From: Candidatus Anoxychlamydiales bacterium
Lineage (GTDB): Bacteria; Chlamydiota; Chlamydiia; Chlamydiales; SM23-39
Direction of reading: 5' to 3'
DNA length: 44,666 bases
Assembly (NCBI GenBank): GCA_011064875.1
Contig: JAAKFV010000003.1
Span: 1 to 44,666 of the forward strand
The translations under genes and the position numbers were made by a program. Positions 1 to 7,955 of this stretch are shown here, piece by piece. Positions within the stretch are counted from its first letter, which is position 1; each line of letters opens with the position of its first letter. Under the pieces are notes generated by a model. The model did not search any database. It saw only the letters and a program-made list of their open reading frames with translations, and was not told the DNA's origin.

Positions 1-60
1 TCTTTTATGCTCTTTGTTAGTTATATCCATTGTGTAACGTTTTGTGTTAACAGACATCAT
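1..60 (-). CDS. 5' end of a gene running off the window; possibly a ribbon-helix-helix (CopG/ParG-like) antitoxin or regulator
   Basis: Minus strand AGGAG RBS, then ATG at 60 giving MMSVNTKRYTMDITNKEHKR...; the alternating 'KRYTMDI' strand followed by a helix resembles RHH N-termini. Confidence 0.45.
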   Translation of the reverse strand, partial: MMSVNTKRYTMDITNKEHKR

Positions 61-132
61 CTATTCTCCTTTATTTCTAATGATATCCAAAATACTACGG
101 CACTGCAAGCAGTAAAGCAAATTTCTTTATCT

Positions 133-358
133 CATCCAATTGATTTATTAATTGAAACTCTTTATTCATCACATTAGATTTCACAATTTTTACACATTGC
201 ATAAAAATAAACAGCAATATATTACAAAAAGCTACAAAAGAAAAAATTTGCTTAACATATTAAAAGTTATTTTGTTATAGTTTGTAGCTTGTTGTGGATT
301 ATTGTATTAAAACCGAATCATAATCAGGGTGTTGTTGGTTCGAGTCCGACTACCGCTA
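133..358 (+). repeat. ~220-bp direct repeat, copy 1 (att-like element end terminating in a tRNA-Met 3' fragment)
   Basis: Aligns by eye with 4892-5107 (TATTAATTGAAACTCTTTATTCATCAC ... ATATTACAAAAAGCTACAAAAGAAAA ... CTTAACATATTAAAA ... TGTGGATTATTGT ... TCATAATC). Confidence 0.9.
313..358 (+). pseudogene. tRNA-Met(CAT) 3'-half remnant, copy 1 (att-like)
   Basis: TCATAAT anticodon loop, GTTGGTTCGAGTCCGAC T-arm, TACCGCTA acceptor 3' strand; no 5' acceptor strand or D-arm upstream. Confidence 0.8.
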
Positions 359-479
359 TTTTTGTTAACCTTTGATTTTCAGCTAATTAAGAATAAAATT
401 AATATCGATAAAAGTTCTTCTTCAAGGCACACTTAAATTATTAATTTAAAAAACTTGTAAATTTATTGTAAAAATAGTT

Positions 480-527
480 TTCTAACAAAGGTACTCGCTT
501 GACATTATTGTGTACCTTTATTAGAAT
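480..527 (+). promoter_or_regulatory. sigma70/66 promoter of abiE with a 15-bp inverted-repeat operator
   Basis: TTGACA(499-504)-17nt-TAGAAT(522-527); IR TTCTAACAAAGGTAC (480-494) / GTACCTTTATTAGAA (512-526), 1 mismatch. Confidence 0.8.
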
Positions 528-534
528 AAGTTTT

Positions 535-1131
535 ATGAGAAAGCATAAATATTTACACAAACTTCAACTCTTTTTAAATCGTCCTTTTTTTACGGCTAAA
601 GAAGCTAAAAAAGGTGGCATCCCTTCATATGAATTAAGTTATTTTTGTAAAATTGGCATAATAGAAAGAATTGCTAGAGGAATTTACAAATCTGTTAAAT
701 ATGATCTAAAAGTTGATTTTCATCTAGAAGAATTAGTGTTGATTGCTTCAAGTATTTCGAAAGGAGTAATATGTCTTATTTCTGCATTATGTCTTTATGA
801 TTTAACTGATCAAATGATGCATGAATATTGGATTGCAGTTCCTAATTCTTCTAAACCTCCTAAACGTCCTCATACTCGAATTATTCGAATGAGAAATATG
901 ACTCTTGGGAAAGAAAAAATAAAGTTAGGAAAATATTCATTAAATATTTTTAATCGAGAAAGAACTATTATTGATTCATTTCGTTTTTTAAATAAAGAAA
1001 TAGCAATAAAAGCTTTGCAAGCTTATTTATCTCCAAAAGGTGAAAATAAACCTGATTTAATAAAACTACAAAAATATGCTAAATTGCTTAGAGTTAATAT
1101 TAATGATTATATACTTAGCTTAACAACATGA
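535..1131 (+). CDS. abiEi: Type IV TA antitoxin, AbiEi family (N-terminal wHTH)
   Basis: 'IERIARGIY', 'GVICLISAL..YDLT', 'ERTIID' AbiEi motifs; overlaps the downstream toxin (ATGA). The ORF-track TTG start at 499 coincides with the -35 box, so ATG 535 is preferred. Confidence 0.88.
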   Translation: MRKHKYLHKLQLFLNRPFFTAKEAKKGGIPSYELSYFCKIGIIERIARGIYKSVKYDLKVDFHLEELVLIASSISKGVICLISALCLYDLTDQMMHEYWIAVPNSSKPPKRPHTRIIRMRNMTLGKEKIKLGKYSLNIFNRERTIIDSFRFLNKEIAIKALQAYLSPKGENKPDLIKLQKYAKLLRVNINDYILSLTT

Positions 1132-1997
1132 ATGAAAATCTAGAAAAATCTATAAAAGCGAAGCTTAGGCAAATAGCTAAAATTGAAAATAAAAATCCTT
1201 CAATACTTTTGCAGAATTTCTTTTTAGAAAGATTTTTGGTTCGTCTCTCTTATTCATCTTATTGTGATAATTTTGTTCTAAAAGGAGGTCTTTTATTATC
1301 AAAATATATTGATATTGGCAGACAAACACAAGACTTAGATTTTTTTGCTAAAAATTTAAAAAACAAGACAAAAGTCATTGAAAATATTTTTCAAGAAATA
1401 GCTTATATAAAAACAGAAGATGGCATAATTTTTAAAGATATTCGAGCCAGTGAGCTTTTTCATCCTCATATGAATTATCTGGGAGCTCAAGTTTCAATGT
1501 TTGGATATTTTGGTAAAATACGAGCTAAACTTAGCATTGATCTTGGTTTTGGGGATGTTGTTAAAGAAATCAAAAAAGAGATTGTTTTAATGAAAAGCTC
1601 CAAAGGGCCTCTTTTTGAAAATTCAATTACACTAAATTGTTATCCTCGTGAGTTCATTTTTGCTGAAAAATTAGAAACAATTATTTTTAGGGGAGCTGCG
1701 AATAGTAGAATGAAGGATTTTTATGATGTTTATCTCATGATGTTAGAAGACAAAGGTATAGAGAAAAAAGTTCTTGAAAGTGCTATTTTAGAAGTTTTCA
1801 ATCATAGAAAAACTCCATTAAATATTCCTATTTCTTTTTCAGATGCTGATTTTTTTCATTTAGAAATTTATTGGAAGGCTTTTTTTCAAGGATTAAATCT
1901 AAAAGCGATAAGTTATGCTATCCCTAAACAAATTACTGAAATAGTTTTCGAAATAAATAAATGGTTAAAAATAAATACAGATTTATCTAACAAATAA
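1128..1997 (+). CDS. abiEii: Type IV TA toxin, AbiEii/AbiGii nucleotidyltransferase
   Basis: 'FVLKGG', 'RQTQDLDF', 'AEKLE', 'NSRMKDFYD' motifs; coupled to abiEi. Confidence 0.9.
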   Translation: MNENLEKSIKAKLRQIAKIENKNPSILLQNFFLERFLVRLSYSSYCDNFVLKGGLLLSKYIDIGRQTQDLDFFAKNLKNKTKVIENIFQEIAYIKTEDGIIFKDIRASELFHPHMNYLGAQVSMFGYFGKIRAKLSIDLGFGDVVKEIKKEIVLMKSSKGPLFENSITLNCYPREFIFAEKLETIIFRGAANSRMKDFYDVYLMMLEDKGIEKKVLESAILEVFNHRKTPLNIPISFSDADFFHLEIYWKAFFQGLNLKAISYAIPKQITEIVFEINKWLKINTDLSNK

Positions 1998-2013
1998 TGA
2001 TTATAAAAAAACA

Positions 2014-2075
2014 TATATTTCATGACATAGTGGTGACACACTAAGAGTCTATATTCATCATTATATTTCATGACA
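2014..2075 (+). repeat. 14-bp direct repeat TATATTTCATGACA x2 (plus a third TGACA); possible recombinase arm sites
   Basis: Identical copies at 2014-2027 and 2062-2075, about 80 bp upstream of tRNA fragment 2. Confidence 0.55.
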
Positions 2076-2153
2076 AATCATTTGCCCAAATAACAAAGTC
2101 ATTCTATTATAGTGCTGTAAATTACTGATGAGTAATGAGGTATTAGGGATTAA

Positions 2154-2201
2154 CTCGGAGTCATAATCCGGGTGTCGTTGGTTCGAGTCCGACTGCCGCT
2201 A
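2154..2201 (+). pseudogene. tRNA-Met(CAT) 3'-half remnant, copy 2 (best preserved, att-like)
   Basis: CTCGGAGTCATAATCCGGGTGTCGTTGGTTCGAGTCCGACTGCCGCTA; upstream sequence cannot pair with TGCCGCT and has no D-arm. Confidence 0.85.
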
Positions 2202-2290
2202 TTTTGATTCTTAAGAACTAAGAAATCGCAAGTGATAATTTCATGTGGGGTTCAAATTCGAATTAGAAGCGCTCTAAAAATACTTCTTTC

Positions 2291-2439
2291 TTATACAATC
2301 TCATATAATCTTATATAGTTAAAATATAACATTCTTAAACTCCTGTTTATAAAGTGTTTAGTTTTTGCGTTAGCAAGATAGAACATGCGAAAATTGACGT
2401 TTATTATACAATCTTATATAATCTTATATAGTTAAAATA
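2291..2439 (+). promoter_or_regulatory. fic promoter with a duplicated 36-bp operator-like block
   Basis: TTGACG(2394-2399)-17nt-TATAAT(2417-2422); block TTATACAATCTYATATAATCTTATATAGTTAAAATA at 2291-2326 and 2404-2439 (35/36 identical). Confidence 0.75.
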
Positions 2440-2449
2440 AAAGGTTCTT

Positions 2450-3508
2450 ATGGTTAAAAATCGTTTTGAACAAAGATTAAATTCTCTATCTTCTGAGCTC
2501 TGGACAAAAATAGCACAAATTGACGAATTAAAAGGACGATGGATTGCTGGTATTCAGCTAAGCTCTCAAGTTCTGGGCCGTCTAAAGCGTTCTATTCTGA
2601 TCACTTCTACTGGTGCATCGACTCGCATTGAAGGAGCTCGACTATCTGATGAAGACGTAGAAAAACTTATGCGTGGCTTAGACATTCAAAAATTTACTGA
2701 TCGTGACAAACAGGAAGTGAAAGGCTACTTTGAGCTGTTGGAAAATGTTTTTAATTCATGGAAATCTATTAAATTATCAGAAAGTACAATTAAACATTTT
2801 CATAAAGAACTTTTAAACTATGTAAAAAAAGATAAAATTCATCGAGGGGAATATAAAAAAAATGAGAATAAAGTACATATGATCGACAAAGCTGGCAAAT
2901 CTATTGGAGTTCTCTTTGATACAACCAAAGCTTTTTTAACCCCAAAAGAGATGCAAGAATTAGTAGAATGGACTAGAGATGCTTTTCTTGAAAAAAAAAA
3001 TCATCCTCTTTTGATCATAGCAAATTTCATTGTTGAGTTCCTGCAAATTCACCCCTTTCAAGACGGCAATGGACGACTTAGCCGTATTCTGACAAACTTG
3101 CTTTTGCTCAAAACAGGTTATTTGTATATGCCTTATGTTTCACATGAAAAGCTAATAGAAGATAACAAACCTGATTATTACATGGCGCTTAGGAAAAGCC
3201 AAAAAACTTTCAAAACCTCTCATGAAACCATTACATCTTGGCTGGATTTCTTTTTAGAAATTTTGCTTCAACAATCAAAAATAGCCATAGAACTTCTTTC
3301 ACAAGAAAACATTGAAAAAATTTTATCTGTTAAACAATTAGCTATATGGCAATATCTCCAAACCGTTGATGAAGCTACACCAAAAGAAATAATGCAAAAA
3401 ACCAAAATATCCCGACCTACTGTTAATCAGGTACTTGATAAATTAATTCGCCTAAAAAAAATCGAACGTCTTGGCCTCGGTAGAAGCACAAGATATCGTA
3501 AATTATAA
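2450..3508 (+). CDS. Fic family protein (class II, autoinhibited) with C-terminal winged HTH
   Basis: Canonical HPFQDGNGRLSR motif; N-terminal inhibitory STRIEG (S/TxxxEG/N); C-terminal 'SRPTVNQVLDKL...G.GRSTRY' wHTH. Confidence 0.93.
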   Translation: MVKNRFEQRLNSLSSELWTKIAQIDELKGRWIAGIQLSSQVLGRLKRSILITSTGASTRIEGARLSDEDVEKLMRGLDIQKFTDRDKQEVKGYFELLENVFNSWKSIKLSESTIKHFHKELLNYVKKDKIHRGEYKKNENKVHMIDKAGKSIGVLFDTTKAFLTPKEMQELVEWTRDAFLEKKNHPLLIIANFIVEFLQIHPFQDGNGRLSRILTNLLLLKTGYLYMPYVSHEKLIEDNKPDYYMALRKSQKTFKTSHETITSWLDFFLEILLQQSKIAIELLSQENIEKILSVKQLAIWQYLQTVDEATPKEIMQKTKISRPTVNQVLDKLIRLKKIERLGLGRSTRYRKL

Positions 3509-3513
3509 AAAAA

Positions 3514-4815
3514 GTGACAAATGCTATTTTGAAAAAATTAATCTCAGTTATATTAATTTTATCAATTGGTTCTTATATTTCATGGTTTTTGATAAATAAA
3601 CATAACAAATATTTATTTAAAGAAACTTTTGTTAAAGAATTAAACAAAAAAGTTTTTAAATCTAAAATTAAAGATAAACCTCCAACGTGGATGATTGAAC
3701 AAATTCAAGAAGAATTTGAACCTTTTGTTTCAAATGGCATCACATCTAAAAGAGTAGATGAGACATTTAAAAAAATAAGAAAGACTTTTCTCTGCAATGA
3801 AATAATTCGTTATCGTATTATAAATAATGAACTTTTTCGTTATTTTAATAATGCTGAAACTGTATCTCTAAAAGATAGTTCTCTTGAGAAAGCTATAAAA
3901 ACCATATTGTATTTTGAACCTATAAAAGATATCGATATTATTATTTCTCACCAAGATGGTATTCCCATTGGAGAACAATCTGAGGGATTTTATATTACAG
4001 AAAAAGAAGAGATGCAAGCACCGATTTTATGTTCTGCAAAAAAGAAAGATTTACCCTTAGTAATTTTAATCCCAGATTGGCGCTCCATTTCCAGATGGTG
4101 GTGTAAAGAAATAAAATGCGTTTTAAAGGCTATTGATAAAAATAGCTGGGAAAGTAAAAAAAATTATGCTTTTTGGAGAGGGAGTTTAACCAATGGTATT
4201 CGCTCGAAATTATGCAAGATGGCGCTGCAATATCCAAATCATTTATATGCGAAATTAAATGCAAAAGTTGAAAATAAGGATTTGCAAACACAACTAGAAC
4301 AAGAGGGGATTTATTGTGCTAAAGGGTGGTATCCTATGGAAAAGATACTAGAAAATAAATATTTACCCCTAATGGATGGAGTTATGTCAGCAGCTCCAGC
4401 CTTTCAGTCTCGTTTATTATCTAATTCTTTAACTCTAAAGCAGGATTTTCCTGGGGTTCAATGGTTTTTTAAGCCATTGAAACCTTACGTTCATTATGTT
4501 CCTTTAAAACATGATATTAGTGATTTGATAGAAAAGATTGAATGGGCAAAAAAAAATGATAATTTATGCAAAGAGATCTCTAAAAACGCTACTGATTTTG
4601 CTTTGAACAATTTAACGTTTGAAGATGTTTATCTTTATTTATATCTCGTTTTAAAAAAATATTCTTCTCTATCTTTAATAAATAGTGAAGAAATAAAAAA
4701 AGATATAAAAAATGATTCTAACTGGATTAATATTCAAAAAAGAGAAAAATTGAAAAAGAAATTATTAAAAAGCAGCTTTAGAAAAGTCTGTAATTTTGCT
4801 ACCCCTGATTTTTAA
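3514..4815 (+). CDS. Glycosyltransferase family 90 (CAP10/POGLUT-like) with N-terminal membrane anchor
   Basis: 'WESKKNYAFWRGS', 'KY...DG', 'RLLSNS', 'WFFKPLKPYVHYVPLK.D.SDL.EKIEWAK.ND' typical of the GT90 C-terminus. Confidence 0.82.
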   Translation: MTNAILKKLISVILILSIGSYISWFLINKHNKYLFKETFVKELNKKVFKSKIKDKPPTWMIEQIQEEFEPFVSNGITSKRVDETFKKIRKTFLCNEIIRYRIINNELFRYFNNAETVSLKDSSLEKAIKTILYFEPIKDIDIIISHQDGIPIGEQSEGFYITEKEEMQAPILCSAKKKDLPLVILIPDWRSISRWWCKEIKCVLKAIDKNSWESKKNYAFWRGSLTNGIRSKLCKMALQYPNHLYAKLNAKVENKDLQTQLEQEGIYCAKGWYPMEKILENKYLPLMDGVMSAAPAFQSRLLSNSLTLKQDFPGVQWFFKPLKPYVHYVPLKHDISDLIEKIEWAKKNDNLCKEISKNATDFALNNLTFEDVYLYLYLVLKKYSSLSLINSEEIKKDIKNDSNWINIQKREKLKKKLLKSSFRKVCNFATPDF

Positions 4816-4891
4816 AAATAATATATATATTTTTTTCTTTAACGACTTGTTAAGTTTCTAGAAAATCCATTTAACAAATTTTATATTTTTC

Positions 4892-5107
4892 CATTCTATT
4901 GATCTATTAATTGAAACTCTTTATTCATCACGATAAATTTTTACACAATTGGCTAAGAATAACAAGCAACATATTACAAAAAGCTACAAAAGAAAAGTTT
5001 TACTTAACATATTAAAATTTATTTTGTTGTATTCTTAGATTTATGTGGATTATTGTTTTAAAATGGGATCATAATCCAGGTCGTTGGTTTGAGTTAGACT
5101 GCCGTTA
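4892..5107 (+). repeat. ~220-bp direct repeat, copy 2, ending in decayed tRNA-Met 3' fragment 3 (5065-5107)
   Basis: Aligns with 133-358; ends GGGATCATAATCCAGGTCGTTGGTTTGAGTTAGACTGCCGTTA. Confidence 0.88.
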
Positions 5108-5142
5108 TAAATTTCTTAAAAAGCTTTGTCTTAGAATTGTTT

Positions 5143-5182
5143 AAAAAAAAAATGAGCAATATTTTTTATATATTGCTCATTT
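5143..5182 (-). terminator. Rho-independent terminator of the 5209-5949 gene
   Basis: AATGAGCAATA / TATTGCTCATT hairpin with an A-run on the left (U-tract on the minus strand). Confidence 0.75.
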
Positions 5183-5208
5183 AATTGATTAAATCTTAAT
5201 TAGATTAT

Positions 5209-5949
5209 TTACTCATCATCTGCAGGATCCGTAATATCAGCCATTCTCGCTCTTGATCCTGATCTAGGCGATGCTGGTTCTGCTGGTGCCGCCGGAGCAG
5301 CTGGTGCTGCGGCTAAATCAGCCGGTATAAATGAAGCTGTTTCTACTGGTACTGATTCTACTCGTGGTGCTGGTGCATATGCAGATGGATCTGCTGCTGC
5401 ATTATTTTCATCACTAATGTACTTTCTCCAAAGCCTACTACCTAAACTTTTTATCCAACTAGCTGGTTTTGATCCAAGTCCAATTAAGGCAGGTCCAGAA
5501 ATTGATCCAAGGAATATTGCTGCTGTTGATGAAATTTTAACAGACGTTAGGGTTGATATTAATACTGAACCAAATCCAAATGTACCTCCTCCTATTAATG
5601 CAGCTAAAAGAGCTTTATCCCATTTTGTTACGTTACCGGTTTTATACCAATCTTTGGCTCTTTTTAATAATAAATATGAACCCATTGTTGAGCCTAAACT
5701 ACTAGTAACTCCTAAAGTAAGATTTAAAGCTCCTCCTACAGAAACGAAATGAAAAAGTGAAGTTACACCTCCTGCAACTCCAAAAGCTGTTAATCCTACA
5801 GTTAAGGCGATGAGTACAATGGCTTTTATTCTATCCTTCTCTGTTTTAGTAAATGGCTGGTCACCAGCTTTTGAAAAATGATCAGAATGTAACGGTGCTG
5901 GCTTTGCAGTAGGACTACCGTATGCTGGAACTGGACTAGTTGCTGACAT
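5209..5949 (-). CDS. Inc-like membrane protein / putative T3SS substrate
   Basis: Two bilobed hydrophobic segments, S/T/P-rich N-terminus (MSATSPVP), Ala/Pro-rich C-tail, AGGAG RBS. Confidence 0.6.
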   Translation of the reverse strand: MSATSPVPAYGSPTAKPAPLHSDHFSKAGDQPFTKTEKDRIKAIVLIALTVGLTAFGVAGGVTSLFHFVSVGGALNLTLGVTSSLGSTMGSYLLLKRAKDWYKTGNVTKWDKALLAALIGGGTFGFGSVLISTLTSVKISSTAAIFLGSISGPALIGLGSKPASWIKSLGSRLWRKYISDENNAAADPSAYAPAPRVESVPVETASFIPADLAAAPAAPAAPAEPASPRSGSRARMADITDPADDE

Positions 5950-6360
5950 AATAAATTCTCCTTTTTTTTTAATTATTAAATTATTAGTTTCTTATTAATT
6001 TAACTTTATTTATATGTTTTAAATTATCAACTATTATTATATTCAATTATTAAATTTTAGTAAAGAAATATTAAGTTTATAAATAAAAAAAATATAAATT
6101 ATTACATATAAAAAACAACCTTTACAAGAATCTATAATGATTAAATTATTTAATTTTTATACTTAAAAATTTAATTTAACATAGTTAAAATAAAAATATT
6201 AATATAATAACTAGAATATTTTTTTGAAATATTAAGCGAAAGTTAAAAAAAGGGGAGAAAGGTGGGTGAATATCATTCAAATTTTTACTTGATTAAAAGG
6301 CTATAGATTGAAATTAGTCATTAATAACCTATCTACTCAATTCAAAAACCACAAAAACCT

Positions 6361-6753
6361 CTAAACAGCAAATCTTGGTATAGAATCGACAAGCTCATCT
6401 ATAGCGCTAATTATCCTATCTCTTACTGATATAGCACGCGCTCTCGCAAAGTCTTTACAACCATTGATAACCCCTTGAAAAAAGAGGGTAAAATGGTTAT
6501 ATGCAATTCTATCGATCAAGCCTATTGATAAACCAAACATATTATAGGCAATAAAGGGAAAAATTAGCGCTACAAACCAAGATAGTGCTTTTATAGCCAC
6601 AGAATAGACAATAGCTCTAATAGGGTCATTTAAGACCTTATGTAATGGATCTAGCCAATAACCCTTAAGATCATCTTGTATCATTTGTGATATTCTCACA
6701 TCTTCAGCGTCTACTCTAGGCCCCAGTACAGGGGCGGGAGCTGCAGCTGCCAT
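6361..6753 (-). CDS. Hypothetical membrane protein, Inc-like
   Basis: GGAGG RBS, MAAAAPAP N-terminus, central hydrophobic stretch. Confidence 0.55.
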   Translation of the reverse strand: MAAAAPAPVLGPRVDAEDVRISQMIQDDLKGYWLDPLHKVLNDPIRAIVYSVAIKALSWFVALIFPFIAYNMFGLSIGLIDRIAYNHFTLFFQGVINGCKDFARARAISVRDRIISAIDELVDSIPRFAV

Positions 6754-6966
6754 GTTTTGGCCTCCATAAATTTAAATTCCGTAAGTATATAAAAAATGTT
6801 TTTAAATACTATAGAAATATTTTTATTTGATTAATTAATCTTATGGAAATATCTAACAATCAATAGTTTATAGAATGAGATATCTCCTTGATTTTAAAGA
6901 ACTTAAACGAAGGTTAGGATTGATCTTTCAAATAGAGATTTATTGACTTATTTTCAAGACAACATA

Positions 6967-6994
6967 ACGTCTGATAATACATGTTATGTTATAC
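6967..6994 (+). other. dif-like XerC/XerD recombination site
   Basis: ACGTCTGATAA-TACATG-TTATGTTATAC: 11-6-11 layout, XerC arm ends ATAA, XerD arm TTATGTTA matches consensus TTATGTTAAAT; intergenic. Confidence 0.6.
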
Positions 6995-7073
6995 AAGAAA
7001 ACTTTTTATCGATTGCCAAAGCAATATTTTACAAAGTTAAAAGTGATCCCAGATTCACATCAATTTACTTTAC

Positions 7074-7445
7074 TTATCTATAAAGTCCATATGGAGTTTG
7101 AAGAATATCTTTATGCCCCTGCATTGCGTCTGTAACATTACTAAATTCTCTAGATTTTTCAATATATTCGTCATCTACTTTAACTTTAGATGGCTCTATC
7201 TCTAATTCCAAAATTCGAAAAATATCTTTTCCTGGTGTAGTTGCTTGCACAATGGTAAATTTATTTTTACTATCTGCATTTGGTAAAATTATATAAACGC
7301 CCTTTTCCCTTCTTTGCAAACGAGATTGAGCTCTTTCAATATCTAGATCATCTCTATAAGCTCTATTTTTCTTAATCTCAGCTATTTGAGCCTCTGTCTC
7401 AGGCTCGTACTGTAAACTAGAGCCTTTTAATGATACTGAAGCCAT
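7074..7445 (-). CDS. Hypothetical protein
   Basis: 123-aa ORF with AGGAG RBS. Confidence 0.6.
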   Translation of the reverse strand: MASVSLKGSSLQYEPETEAQIAEIKKNRAYRDDLDIERAQSRLQRREKGVYIILPNADSKNKFTIVQATTPGKDIFRILELEIEPSKVKVDDEYIEKSREFSNVTDAMQGHKDILQTPYGLYR

Positions 7446-7595
7446 TTTTTACTCCTTTTATATTAATTGTTTTATTAAAATGTAATTCATTCAATTTCAA
7501 AAGCTTAGCTATCAATAACATCAGATTTTTAATATTTAGTATTTAAGTTGTTAATAATAAGACGCTTAAATCCGCAAGATTTAGAAAACCTTGGA

Positions 7596-7871
7596 CTAAA
7601 AAATAGTAATTTCAGGAGTATAATGCTCCTTTACCAAATGTTCTGCTGTAGGCTCTTTAACTTCTATATTTTCTTTTAAGGGTAAATATCTAAAAGATAG
7701 TTTTCTGGAATTTTCCATATTGCATTCAAGAGGAAGTCTCCAATCCAATACACACTCATATATATCAAAAACACCTTTATACGTTCGGAGACCGGGATTG
7801 GCTGTCATAAAAACCCACTTTTTTTTAACTTTATAAAAAGTTTTCAAAACTATATGTCGATTGACTAACAA
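7596..7871 (-). CDS. Hypothetical protein (start uncertain)
   Basis: ORF track only; TTG start, no recognisable motif. Confidence 0.35.
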   Translation of the reverse strand: MLVNRHIVLKTFYKVKKKWVFMTANPGLRTYKGVFDIYECVLDWRLPLECNMENSRKLSFRYLPLKENIEVKEPTAEHLVKEHYTPEITIF

Positions 7872-7955
7872 GTGACAAGTAAATATTTTAATTTTTTACT
7901 ACTTTTTCATATAAGCTGCTAATGTTTAATTATTTATACAGAGAGATTAGAAAAA

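Noticed and set aside
2125-2201. Intact tRNA-Met gene
   Set aside because: Only the anticodon arm, T-arm and 3' acceptor strand are present; the upstream bases give no 5' acceptor strand or D-arm.
2241-2273. Fourth tRNA fragment (GGGGTTCAAATTC)
   Set aside because: Only a T-loop-like word with no convincing stems; could be chance.
133-5107. CRISPR array or classical integron attC array
   Set aside because: Repeats are kilobases apart and tRNA-derived, with no constant short spacers, no cas or intI gene and no attC-type R/L box palindromes.
5417-5752. Plus-strand 111-aa ORF, and similar antisense ORFs (8029, 8281, 11380, 12236, 12503, 19764, 20230, 22727, 24673, 24891, 25713, 28945, 32064, 33468, 37832, 39207, 41907)
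   Set aside because: Shadow ORFs antisense to better-supported genes, with no recognisable motifs.
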